NCBI GenBank assembly: GCA_900088475.1 | Contig: FLMG01000484.1 | Span: forward strand, 45,692-109,691 | Reading direction: 5' to 3' | Source: Hyphochytrium catenoides | Taxonomy: Eukaryota > Protista > Hyphochytriomycota | DNA: 64,000 bases | In this document: positions 1 to 11,944 of the stretch, in pieces | How the letters are laid out: each line of letters opens with the position of its first letter | Position numbering within the stretch: position 1 is the stretch's first letter | Notes under the pieces: generated by a model | Databases searched by the model: none | The model's input: only the letters and a program-made list of their open reading frames with translations | What the model was told of the DNA's origin: nothing | Program-made: the position numbers and the translations under genes

Positions 1-51
1 TTTCCGTTACTCTCACAGGCATGGAAGCTATAACACCGCACCAAATCCATC

Positions 52-429
52 ACTTCTTGTCTATTTCTTTCTCTTCTCTCTCATCTCTTCTCTCTCTGTC
101 TTGCTCCTTATCACTCTCTCTCCCATCTCTGTTTTCTCTCCCCTCCTTTTCTCTCCCTGTTGTGGCTACAAAAGTTATATCTGTCTCCTACTTCTGATCC
201 TCAACCTACCCCATCACCTTCCTCTACCTCTTCTTCTTTCTGTCTCCTTCCCTTTCACAAGTTATGCTGTATTTATCAATATCTCCCTCCTNNNNNNNNN
301 NNNNNNNNNNNNNNNNNNNNNNNNNNNNNNNNNNNNNNNNNNNNNNNNNNNNNNNNNNNNNNNNNNNNNNNNNNNNNNNNNNNNNNNNNNNNNNNNNNNN
401 NNNNNNNNNNNNNNNNCTATCTCTCTCTT

Positions 430-460
<31 letters not shown>

Positions 461-545
461 CTTTTTCTCTCTTTTTCTCTCTCTCTCCCTCTCTGTCATC
501 TCCCTCTCTCTCTCTCTCCTTCGTTTCCCTCTCTCTCCCTCTCAT
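52..545. repeat. CT-rich low-complexity/microsatellite tract interrupted by an assembly gap (N 292-416)
   Basis: Imperfect (CT)n runs such as ctctctctttctctctctct on both sides of the N run; the ORFs here are low-complexity artefacts. Confidence 0.9.
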
Positions 546-1148
546 CTGCCAGATCCTATAACCTGATTCTCAGCATCAGCAACATCCATTGCAATAGAGA
601 GAGGAGAAACGCCTGACCTTCTCCTTGCTATCTTATTCCCTCTCTTGGACCCTGCCGCCACCGCGGCCCGACCGCACCAAAGTAAACTCAGGCAGCAAGA
701 AAGGAAGTGTTATCTCCTTGGCAAGAAGAGGAAGAAAAGAGAGGAAGAGAGGAAGCGACCCTGTCTCAACTTCCGGGAGAAAGGAGGAACCGCAGACACG
801 AAGAGAACTCCCCATCACGACACCTGAGAGTTCCCGTAGGATTTCACTCTGCCAAACTCTTTATACTCTGGACTTCCTCCATCCGCTCATTCTTCCCGAA
901 AAACGTCCAAGCTTTGTTTGAAAGAGCCTTCTTCAAACGATTGCCGATAGCCTCCTAGTCATCCCAGTTCAGTCCAACAAGATTGAAACCGTTTGAAGGG
1001 CGATACATTTCAGGACAAGGCACCAAACAGACGTGCACTAGCTAGTCAGGGAAGTGGCACTCCCTTTTCACACCGCTAATAGCTGTACCCTGCCTAAGAG
1101 GAGAAAGAAGAGGAGAGAGAAAGGGGCAAAAACGGGCTCCAGTCAGCC

Positions 1149-3913
1149 ATGGAGGAGCTCCAGAATACTATTCAAGATGCACAGTACATGGGGGCAATGG
1201 TCGACCCCACCCCAAGACCAACAGCGCCATTGCCTGTGCCTAAGTCTGCGAGAGCGGTAGGGTTAAGCCCAAGCTCCTCCTCCTCACTTATTCTTTGGCC
1301 TCTGTCTCAAGGCATATTCGCTCTGCATCAATATACCTTGGTTCCAGAAAACGCCCGCTCTCTTCATCGCAGCTCACAACTCAACCTGCATACAGATGCA
1401 ATCATGCCTGTTCTCACTTAGTTGATGATCGCTAGGCCACTGCTGACCCCCTCTCGCTCCCCTTCCCTTGTCTCTACTGCGCAGCTGACAGAGTTTCAAG
1501 AGACGCTGCAGTCTCAGAATCCAAATGCTTTCACAATGGAGACTGTCTTAACTTCACCGATGGGCTTCTATCTGTTCAAGCGGTTCTGTCTTGAAAACCA
1601 GAGCGGCACACTCGCAAGCTTCTTAGAGGACATCCATCTGTACAGAGGTTTCAAGCTGTCTTCAGGGAGGAAGGAGCTGGCAAGGGACATCGTGAACACC
1701 TACTTGCTTCCTACCTCTAGGGGACCCAACAATATGCAGAAGGCGGTCAAAAGCGGAGATGGTTACGCTTTCGCTGCGAAAGGAAGCTATTCAACCTCCA
1801 GAGCCGCGCAAGAGGTGGCGAGATATAGGGACGAAAGGGCACTGCTACAGGTGAGTTCTGCTGTTGGACCAAGGCGGAACACTTCAACTGATCTCCCTTT
1901 AATATACTAGATTTCTGGTGAGCCCGTAGATGCCATCAGAGCCGCACTCTCAGAGAACAACAAGGGGGAGGTGCCTGTGGACTTGTTTGACCGTCTGGAA
2001 GCTATTGTCTTCGAGCTGCTGAGACAGACTATGTGGAACCACTTTCTGAGAAGCAAGTGGTTCAACAAATACATCTCCATGCTTTACGTCCAAGGTGAGG
2101 CTCGGCAACAGAACCCTCTGCTCAGTCTGAGGTTCTATGGCTATAGCTAAGGCATGGGACACTTTATTTGGGACCAAATCGTGATCTGTTTGCCTTTGGC
2201 TTTTCCACCTTTGACAAGTAGCCGGTCCTGGGGTCTCGTAGCTTCTGACTTCTGCTTCATCGACCTCTCCCTCAGCATTACCTGTGAGACGAGAAGATTT
2301 CGCTCTCTTCCGCGTCATTGGCAGAGGCGGCTTTGGTATGGTCAACGGCTGTAAGCGTGGAATCACGGGTAAACTCTATGCAATGAAGGTGTTAAACAAG
2401 AAAATGATCAAGAAAAAGCAAGCGGAAAAGGTAACACTGTTGCTTACGTTGCTCGAGCTCTTCCCTCCCCTCTCAGCCTCATTGTTGCTCGCACTTCTCG
2501 ATTAAGAGCTCACGAATATCGGTCTATTGCCCTCCATTTCGTCCCGTATTCCTCCTCTAGGTCGTCATAAATGAGCGGAACATGCTCCAGCTCGTGGACT
2601 CTCCCTTCATCTTAGGCCTCAAGTACTCCTTCAGCACCAAAGACGATCTCTTCCTCATTCTAGATCTTTGTACTGGTGGAGATCTCTCGTTCCACCTGAG
2701 GAATGAGGGGAGATTTACCGAGGAGCGCTCAAAGTTCTACGCTGCACAGATCTTGTTAGGGCTGGAGCACATGCACTCTAAGAGCATCGTCTACAGGTGA
2801 CGGCCCTGATGACTGTGCCTTGAGTTGAGAAGCGCATCCTAGCACCGTTCTCTCCTAGAGACAACCATTTTCTTGAAGCGCTTTGCCTCCTCAGACCGCG
2901 ATTTAACTTCTTTGCTTCTGTATCTCAGGGATCTGAAGCCTGACAATATTCTTTTGGACGCTGATGGGCATGCGAAAGTCTCTGATCTCGGGCTGGCGAC
3001 CAATGTGAAATCACAGCTCACAGGCCGCTGTGGGACGAGAGGATGTAAGCGCCCTCGTCCACACTTGTGTCCCGTGCTGGCTTTATCTAATCAGCGTCTT
3101 GCCTCTTTCACCCCTAACGTCAGACTGGGCTCCAGAAGTGTTAGTGCGATCAGAAGACGGCAAACGTATTGCGTATACCAAGATGGTAGATTATTGGAGC
3201 TTTGGATGCATTGTCTACGAGATGTTGTCTGGAGTCTGCCCCTTCCGATCATCCAAGGCCAAGTCATTGCTACCGGAAGACAAGGTCAGTAAGAGCACCT
3301 CACCGTCTATTCCCTTGAGGATACATAGCCATGCCTCTCCAGTATCCGTCTCTGCTGTTGAAGGCTGAAGTCTCATATGCATCTCCCTTCTCTTCTATGC
3401 CACATGTACACAGCAACAATCCATGGACCTCGCCACCCTAGAGATGGAAGTGGAGTATGACCTCCAAATCTTCTCTTCGGATGCCCGTTCCTTGTGTCAA
3501 GGCCTCCTTACTCGCGATCCAAGGAAAAGACTTGGGGCTAATGGTCCTCAGGAGATCAAGGATCATCCCTGGTTCTTTGGACTTGACTGGGACAAATTAG
3601 AGGCTTTCAAGATTCCTCCTCCGTTTGTACCAGAGAAAAACATCAATGCAAGAAGTCAAGGGACAATTGGCTCCTTCACAATTCCTGGAAAGGAGATCCA
3701 GTTGAGTGCTGAGGAGGAAGCATTATATGCTGATTGGCACTTCCAATCAGCAAAAGTGTTTCAGGAGGAGGTCATTGAATTGATTGAGTGGGAGTCCTCA
3801 CAGGTGAGCCAGTCCTCCACATGCCGGTCCTTTCCCTTGCTTCAATGAAAGAGATTGGGGGAGCTTGTTGTTGGTCCAATTTCTACGTCCCTCTCGACAT
3901 AAGATACTGACGC

Positions 3914-3950
<37 letters not shown>

Positions 3951-4026
3951 GAAAAGTGGCAAGGGCTCCTCAGCGCCGAGGGGCGCCAATCAAGCAGAGA
4001 ACACATCATGTTGTGTCATTTCATAG
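1149..4026 (+). CDS. GRK: G-protein-coupled receptor kinase (RH/RGS domain, AGC kinase, C-terminal CaaX), 9 exons
   Basis: GT-AG introns 1257-1484, 1851-1910, 2095-2275, 2431-2560, 2797-2928, 3045-3123, 3285-3413 and 3804-3951 give one open frame. It reads N-helix MEELQNTIQDAQYM, RH-like VLTSPMGFYLFKRFC...FLRSKWFNKY, then IGRGGFG, YAMK, YRDLKPDN, GRK-type SDLG, CGTRGYWAPE and IPPPFVP, and ends ENTSCCVIS*. Confidence 0.92.
3914..3950. repeat. Compound (CT)n(AT)n microsatellite at the 3' end of the last GRK intron
   Basis: ctctctctctctctctctctctatatatatatatata directly before the AG acceptor at 3950-3951. Confidence 0.9.
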
Positions 4027-4124
4027 GGAAACAGTCTTCCCTTCCCACTGCGCTGATATCCTGATCCATAGTCTGTCGTCCAGACCCATTTGATTTATTA
4101 GTCATCTATTCTTATTGCTAAATG

Positions 4125-6644
4125 TCAACTTGTACATTCAAAGACCGGACTGCCAAGGACACTCATGATGGGGATTACACCTAGCCCTACGTCACAAAAG
4201 GAGTTGTCAGCTTACAGTGATCACCATTGCAACAGATGTATGGAAGTGGAGAGACCGCGAGGGCACACACAGCATCAATAAGTTTAGGAGAGTCAAAGAT
4301 GAGGATATTGAACCCCATGGCCAAAGCGCACTTACCTGGCCCAAGAGGTGCTGACAAGAATCCGTTCTCTCTTTTGGGAGCTCGTTCCGCTATGCTTTTG
4401 GTGACGTAACTGTTAAAGTCCGTAGACGCAAAAAGAAAACGAGGCGGAGTCGAGTGCGCTAGGTGAGAGATAGCTGCTGTCACGATGTCTCCTCCCCAGG
4501 TGTCTTCGATGTTCATAGCTATTCCCAGACTGAGGCAGAGGTCTCGAATTTGCCGGGCTTTTGTAAGGCCCCCAACCTTCGAGATCTTTAGGTTGATTAC
4601 GTCGGTAGCAGAGTCCCCGATAGCGCGAAGCAGGACCTGATAATGTATATGATGTGGGCCAAAGAAGTTTAGCTCAATGCTACTATTGCTAGTAGACACA
4701 GAGGAAGTCGCTGTAAGCGCAAGGGGGATCAAAAAGGCCGAGACTACCTAGCACTGGAAGAAGGGACAGAGTCATTATGGCAAGAAGGGCGCTCTTTCAA
4801 ATTGAGACACATAACCAAACATCTTGGCTGCTTCTCCTGGCAGTCTGGCTGCAAGAGCAAAACTCTTAGGAACTTGGTCGTAGGGGTTTTCACGCTACCT
4901 TAATATCGGTGATGCTTTCGTCAAGGATAAATGGCTTAGTGCACATACGTCTGACACTAAGATTCTCCTCATAAGAGTCACAAGGCTGTTCTATGTAGAC
5001 ATCCACATCCCTAACGCCCTCCACCACTCGCACTGCCTCATGCATGAGCCATCCGGTGTTGGCATCTGCCATAAGGACATCACCCTGTGCGCAAGCCTGA
5101 CGGCAGTGAATGATCCTTGCAATGTCTTCTTCAGGATTGCTACCAACCTGAATGTTTAGCGTTCGTAAGGTGTCAAGAAGCCTAAGATGGGCGTACCAAG
5201 CCTGAAAGTGTCAGATCATCTTTGGGCAACAAAATCGGAAGGAAAGAAAGGATGAGGGTAATGGTAGTCGAAAACGAGAAAGAACAGAGAAAACCGGCGT
5301 GCCAAGAAGGAGCTTGGTTTGTGGGAGAAAGAAAGTTTGTCTACTGCCCAAGAAGAAGTAGAGGATGTAGATTGGCAATCGGATGCGGTGATGGCTATGA
5401 GAGGCGGTATCCTGAGACTTTCCTTGAGCTGGAACTTTCTATATCCCTCACTGCGGTACCTCCTAATTGACTCCGCCATGCGCTCCGGAGTGTCTTGAGA
5501 TATCGCCCTACACCACGATAACTTTAGATCCCATCGAAAGGAGCAGAGACCCATATCATGACTGCGATACAACGAGCGGCAGATAGCGTTGGCGCTCTTT
5601 AGAGATCAAGCAAATAATCGAACGTTGGTAGAATAAAGCTGGGTAAGGGACTGTCACGGATAAAGTGGATCTCACCTATAAAGAGGATAGCTTTCTCCAA
5701 ATCTTCCACCCATAAGATGGGAGATGGGTTGGCGCGTTACTTTGCCTAGAATGTCCCAACAGGCGATGTCTGTTGCATTCCAACGGGAAGGGAGACGCGC
5801 AAAGGACTGAGTTAGCCATTACATCTTTTCCAAGAGATGGATGCCAACACAAGAGGAGACGGGGTTATACCGAGGCCATTCTCTTCTGACGTGCACAGCC
5901 AGAACTAGACAATAGCAGATAACATCTAGGGCGACCACTTTGTGGGTGCACAACCTAAAGGGGCCTTGACGTAAGGGTGTCCTCTCATGGCAGCGTCCAT
6001 CAGAAGGTTGATTTTCAGAAGTTCCGTGGGGTCCTGGCCTAACAAGGTAGGAGCCAGCTCTCGAATGCCCTCTCTGCGGGGCACACGGAACCGTTCATCA
6101 GTCAAGAAGAGAGAGGAGACCAAGGGAGAGGTGTGTGCAAGAGCGCGTACGGTGTAGGAGAGGCGGAGAAATGAAACAATGGAGACAAGTCACGCTCCGA
6201 ACTATAGGCTCTAGCCCACAGTCCTACTCTACGGAGAGTGAGCAAACATAGAACGAGTTAGAGGAGAAGGGCCCCCGTCCTGGGTAGCACCTGCAGATAG
6301 GCTCTGAGAATAGATTCGAAGGGAGCGTCAAGACATCGCGCTTCTGCAGACCTTGTTCCTTTAGCATATGCTGGCAGATAGGCCGGGCCCAATGGACAAT
6401 TCTCTCCCCAGCCCACGACCCCTTCATCAGTCTCCACTCGCACCACGGTGGAGTCAAAGACTGTTACTGAGTTGCCTCCAGACCACGAGTCTGCGGACAA
6501 GCAAGGCGTAAGAGACCGCATATGGAAGATGAGCCTCCGAGCTAGGTAGGAGTCAGAAGCGATGGAACCTCTTTTGTCGCTCTTACATTTTCCTTCGACC
6601 AATGGGAGATCTACTTGGAAGACGGAGATCTTGGTGATCTTCAT
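4125..6644 (-). CDS. Mandelate racemase/muconate-lactonizing (enolase superfamily) enzyme, cis-3-hydroxy-L-proline dehydratase / hydroxyproline-betaine epimerase-like, 8 exons
   Basis: Spliced protein [61 protein letters not shown]...[10 protein letters not shown]...[10 protein letters not shown]...ADANTGW...IEQPC...ILDESI...NLKISKVGG...EDTWGG...GPGLGV. Metal-binding D/E/D residues and the catalytic Lys pattern are present. The substrate is inferred from recalled family resemblance. Confidence 0.88.
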
Positions 6645-7419
6645 TCGTGCCAGCTGTCCAGAATTCTCGCCCTACAGATGGCAGCCCTGCCGCTTACAAA
6701 GCTCGCCCGGAAAGCCGCGGAAACAATCTTAGCTACAGCTCGTTAAGAGTATGTGCCACTGGAGGTTCCTGTCAGCAGCAGCAGCCAGGATAATGGTCTG
6801 TCCCTATAGCCTCTCTGTAGAACCCTCTGGCTCGTCCACAGCCGCGTCTCTATGATTATTCGAGGTAGAAGATCACCTGCTGTTGGCTGGTGAACTTCAA
6901 CATGCGAACCCATACAATCTTAGCGGCGTTACCGGCTTATTGTAAGGATTTTCCCCTGGCCGTAGCTTGATGTGAAGGAGCACGAGAGTGCTTGCTGGGA
7001 GGCTGCTTGTAAGGAAGCGTGTGAAAAGCGGCTGAAGAAAGAGGCTGGCTGAGGACGCATGGAAGTCTAGAGCAGCATAGCGGGCAACACTCTACAGGTG
7101 CCATATATTACGCTATAATAAGACGGAGCGGCCTCACGCAGCTTAGAAATATAGATTTGAAGTCTACTGCCCACGGGAAGTGCAGCCTTTGAGCACCAAC
7201 TCCAGGCAATCTACTGAGGAGGAAAACAGTTGACTGCTCTCCCTAGTCTCTGTGGTCCAGTCGTGGTGATTGCTCTAGCTATCAGGGTCTGACATCGGCA
7301 ATTTCCTACGTCGTCCGTCCTAAGTTCTTAAGGATAATGATGGTCAGCGTCAGCCTTCCATAGAATACATTCGTTTAAAGTCCTTTACAATCGCCTGGAC
7401 CCTGCAGCCGCTTCTGGCT

Positions 7420-8295
7420 TTAGAGAGGGCGGAGGAAGATGTGACCCCAGTCCTCCTTGTTCACGTCGTGGCACATAGAACCCCAATGTTCTTTGAAATA
7501 CCCTGTCACAAGCTCTTCGCCCGTCTTCGCGGTCGTTCCTTGCGCCATGTAACCCACACTGCCAAGCTCATCTCCTTGGAGCTCAAGAAGATTGTCTGAG
7601 ACCATTCTTACTGCGAGAGGAGTGTACTTGCGGTCAGGTCTAGAGCCTTGAGGCGGTCCGCCGACGAAGCCGAAGGTGACGACTCTCAGGTCTGCCGCCT
7701 GACCAGGCTTTGCAAACCGTCCAACCAAGACAAACTTGGGCTGGTACAAAGCGGGAGGGAGAGAGAGCTCCGTAATCACACTCATCCCTACATTGACTGT
7801 GACATGCTGCATAATGCGCTCGGCCAAATGAGATGGAAGGCGGCCCTTGCCTCCTCCTCCTTCTGTTAGCTCGGCACACAGCGTTTTCACCACCTCTTTA
7901 AACTCTTCCCTGGTAGCCTCAAGCACAGGTCTGCTATAGTCCCCACCAGCATTAGCAGAACGCGACGTAAGGGCCTTCGGGAGGTCTGAATCCGTGGGCG
8001 AGGCCCCTTTGTTGCCAAGACGCCTAGCATCAATCCCAATTTTGCATAACAGTATATCTCCTCTATTGGGCAGGAAGTTTCTGGCAAAATCGCGCAGCAC
8101 CTCGTCCGTCAGCTCAGAGGGCAAGCATCTGAAATCTTGACGTGTCAAGCGTATCCTCCCAGTGGCTCCTAGCCTTTTCTTTCCTCCTGATCCAGAGTCC
8201 TGCCATTTTGACCAACCAAGATAGGCGATAGTGGCCACTGCCACCACACCCACTGTAACCACAGATAGACCATAGGAATCACTGTGCGAATCCAT
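7420..8295 (-). CDS. Intronless hypothetical protein (~291 aa) with N-terminal signal-anchor
   Basis: Long open frame with first ATG at 8295 (MDSHSDSYG). A hydrophobic stretch LSVVTVGVVAVATIAYLGW is followed by basic residues and a globular-looking remainder; no domain recognised. Confidence 0.7.
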   Translation of the reverse strand: MDSHSDSYGLSVVTVGVVAVATIAYLGWSKWQDSGSGGKKRLGATGRIRLTRQDFRCLPSELTDEVLRDFARNFLPNRGDILLCKIGIDARRLGNKGASPTDSDLPKALTSRSANAGGDYSRPVLEATREEFKEVVKTLCAELTEGGGGKGRLPSHLAERIMQHVTVNVGMSVITELSLPPALYQPKFVLVGRFAKPGQAADLRVVTFGFVGGPPQGSRPDRKYTPLAVRMVSDNLLELQGDELGSVGYMAQGTTAKTGEELVTGYFKEHWGSMCHDVNKEDWGHIFLRPL

Positions 8296-8943
8296 TGCTC
8301 TGTAGAGCGTCTTCCTCACTCTGCCTTCCACACCGTGGCCGCTGTGGCTGTGCTGTCAGGTCAGAGGTTCAGAGCTTTGAAGGCTGAGCGACGGTTAGAA
8401 GAAGAGATCTCATCATCGTGCAGACGATCATCCAAGCCAAAGAAATATCTCCTGCATTTACCGAAAACGACCCGAATCTGGAGTGCAACTGCCGAAGGTT
8501 GCATAACATACTATCTATATTGCCCTTGTAGAGAACCTTAGCCGAGAATAAATGGGTCAGACTTCGGCTTACAGTAGTGTAGGAAGCTCTCCCTCTTGCA
8601 AGTAGAGAAACACCTTCAAGCTCCTCGAGTCTATCATCCTTTCTGATTGTTGGATCCGTTGCTCTGCCTCCTCTCGAACAAGCGGCCCTGGCCTGAGTGC
8701 GTGAGCAGTGCAAGGACCGCTCGGATGATGGAGCGAGTAGAGGATGGCGCAGGGTACTGAGGCAGCACTTCGTAACCTTCTTTGAGTCAGTGCCCAGTTA
8801 AACAGGGCGGGCAAGGGAGACTTTTGTCGCAGTTGAACAGCTGTAGCTCTGAGGATGTATGTCTCTGATGTAAAGGCTCCATCATCTTAGCCTCTTAGCT
8901 TAGATTAGCTGCCGTAGTTCGTGCCACAGGTCTCTATTGGAAG

Positions 8944-10993
8944 ATGTCGGGCGTTAGTGATGCAGACAAACAACCGACCCTGAAAGGTAAAGTTCTGTGT
9001 CTCGGTAGCTTCCACAGTCAGTGGGACTAATCAGCTCCTTCGTAGTGATGAGGCTGTATAAGCCCAAGCTTCACATGTCGCACAAAGTTTTAGATGATGT
9101 CTCACCGACAAAGGGCCCTGACCTCTTCTCACTTTCCCGGGGAATGATTCTTCCGGACAGCTTCGGGTATCCCTTTATTCCTTATCCATTTGTTATGCAT
9201 TAACATACGGTTGGCATCTGCTAACGTCGCCTTGACAGCAATATTTATTTGGGGGAGACTTTCTGCAGCTACATCAGCGTCCTCAACCACTTTCCCTACG
9301 ATCTGGCAAACGTTGGGTTATCGGTGAGACGATCTTCATGAGCCAGATGACATTTTTGTTCCTACCTCTATCAGCTCTCTGGTACCTCCTAGTCTCAAGA
9401 TCCGCTCTCGTTGCCTGACTCTCCTGTCGCAGGCTAAGCTTCAAACGCCAAGCGTACGCACAGATTTGCTGGATGTTCGGCTGTCAAGAACAGGAGAAGA
9501 AACATTACCTCAAAATCCCGTACCGAACTTCCGTGCTGGCAGCAACCTTGACATGGTGGTGGAGCACGTCCTAGCCGAGCTAGGTGTACACACGTAAGAA
9601 CACTTCTTCATAATGTGGTCTAAAGCGCGCTGGGTTAGCCTACGGCTAAGAGTAGAAGTACTGATCCAATCCATTGCTTTCTTGGCCCCTTAGGCTGCGA
9701 GTCGGGGTTACATATAGCGACAGCGAGACTGGAGAACCCAAGACTTTGCGCAAGTACTATCGGTTCAATGTTATGAACCCACTGACTATCTCCTTCAAGC
9801 ACACCGCCGTCATGGTAGGTATTACCTCCAAAGAAGGTCCCCTATTGGTTCCGCCCTTTTGTCTTTCCGTTGGTTGCGCTTCATCACTGATGTTTGGCTT
9901 TGACTTCCTGGTGACAGGGTGACTCCTACGTAGAGGCGCATATCAAGAACAACACAACGACAGCCCTCTTCTTCGACTCAATCGTCTTTCAACCCACTCC
10001 TCCTTTCTTTGTTGAAGACCTTCAAAGTACTGAGGAGGATCGAAACTCACGGCAAGTTGTCATGGTTGGGGTGGGGAGAATGGAGGCTGCCTGAACCTCT
10101 TCCGAGTAACGAGGTTTGTTGTGGGCTAAGAGGTCATCTCCCACTGCAGGAAATCGTACTCTAAGCTCTTGTACGTCAACCCCGAGGAGAAGATTCAGAA
10201 GGTCTATCTCATCAAAGCGGGCGAAGGGCCCGAGCCTACTAATCAGGTAAAAGGCGTTTGCAACTAGCAATAAGGCTGTCCTCTAGCGTCTTTATTCCGT
10301 CATTCAAGGCTTCCAGAAACGTCTGGGTGCGATGATCTCCTTTGTCATTTCCCTCCTCTCTTTGACGTTGTAGCTGTACGTTGTGGCCTTGCGAGGTGTT
10401 TACCACTAAGCCGTATCATGCCTACAGACACTCACTAACCTTGGAAGATTAGACATACAATGGCGAACAGCACTAGGGGAAGCCGGAAGACTGCAGACAC
10501 AGCCAGTCGCAAGAAAAGTAAGCATTGATTTTCGATATTTGTTGGAAGCCTCTTCTTGCTAAAGAGGATCATGAAACAGGTGCCTCTTAAGAATCAGGTC
10601 GAAGTTACGTTGGAGAACCTCCCTGACAGGCTTATTCTTGGAGCGACATACGTAGCTACGTGCACGGTGACAAACAACAGTCCAAGGTCTTTATACTTGC
10701 AGCTCCAGTTCCGTAAGGAGCTGATGGGTGGCGTCTTTGTCAGCGGCGTCTCCGCGCAGGTCCGATGGATTTCCGGTATCCAGGGACTCTTGCAATGAGT
10801 TGACTCTTTCTTATCTCTGCAGAATCTGGGAGAGGTGCCATCTCAGATGTCCAAGTCAACTGAGGTGAAGCTTATACCACTAGTCGCGGGCCTCCATGAA
10901 GTCAAAGGCATGGTTGTCGTAGATCTCGCCACATCCAAAGACTATCCACAGGAGAAGCTCCAGGACGTGATTGTAGAGGAGACGGCTCAATAG
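8944..10993 (+). CDS. TRAPPC13: Trafficking protein particle complex subunit 13
   Basis: Spliced protein contains LKVMRL, LPDSFGNIYLGETFCSYISV, ELGVHTL, LRKYYRFNVMNPL, LGRLDIQWRTALGEAGRLQTQ and LIPLVAGLHEVKG. It needs one GC-AG intron (donor at 10052). Confidence 0.92.
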
Positions 10994-11012
10994 ATTATCT
11001 TGATTTGGGTTA

Positions 11013-11237
11013 TCACTGACTCTTTTTGGCGCTTCGCGTTCTCTGCTTAGAGCTCTTCATCTCCTCCTTAGCTTTGATCTCAAGCAGAAGCTCTCTGGTA
11101 GTATAGAGGGCGACAGCTATCAGCAGCACGAGAGCGGCGGTAAGATATAACAGATAACGTTGAGGATGCTGCACAGCCTGCAAAAACTGCTCCTCGATCT
11201 GCCCTTGAACATACGTGAGCAGGTCCGATGACATCAT
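11013..11237 (-). CDS. Small single-pass membrane protein, SMIM15/UPF0542-like
   Basis: 74 aa with layout 'QAVQHPQRYL' + transmembrane helix + 'LLLEIKAKEE' + Lys/Arg-rich tail; this matches the size and architecture of SMIM15 as I recall it. Confidence 0.6.
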   Translation of the reverse strand: MMSSDLLTYVQGQIEEQFLQAVQHPQRYLLYLTAALVLLIAVALYTTRELLLEIKAKEEMKSSKQRTRSAKKSQ

Positions 11238-11944
11238 GACCGTAGATAGCAGGAAGTTTGTCCTCCTCAGCAGCAGGGATCTGTAGATCTATATAGCTGT
11301 CCAACTAGGGTTTGCTCCAAGTGTCAGCGGGCGGACCTGGCTGATGGGCCAAGGTCTGACATTCTTAGCAATGGAGCTCAGAAAATTTTACTTTCTCAAT
11401 GGCAAGCGGGCGTGTAGGCGGAGGAGGACGCTACACTAAATGTATGGGATGGGTGTTCCCAAGGAAAGATATAATCAGAATCTTCATTCTGTAACCCCCA
11501 ATCGCGATAATCCTAGGACCATACAGTACCCCAGCTCATAGATCTTCCTACTAGGGTTAGGGAAGAGTGATATCGTGTTGTCTGTTTATAGCCTGGTACC
11601 CGTTGTAGAGCAAGTGAAACGCAAATGCGACTAAGCTCGGTTGACCCCATAGAAAATTAGGGTCCTGCCCTCTCGTAGCGCCACGCCGCGGCCGCTTCTG
11701 ATTGTACTCATCACACCTCACAGCTGACGGAGATCTCAGGAGCAAGACAAGACTGATGACAAATGAAAAATTGATGCACTGCGAGAGAGGAGAGGAAACC
11801 TCTCTTGGCAGCCGAGAAGAAGCAAATGTCTGTCCAGCAGTGATGGATCTAGGGGGAGGCTAAGGTTATAAAAGCAATGATGTCTGACGTGCAGTGCTAT
11901 TCCAGGATTTAAGTTCGGAAGGGATGGTCTAAGTGGATGCGAGG

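Noticed and set aside
101-958. Several ORFs upstream of GRK
   Set aside because: They are translations of CT microsatellite and N-gap or purine-rich UTR sequence, with no domain signal
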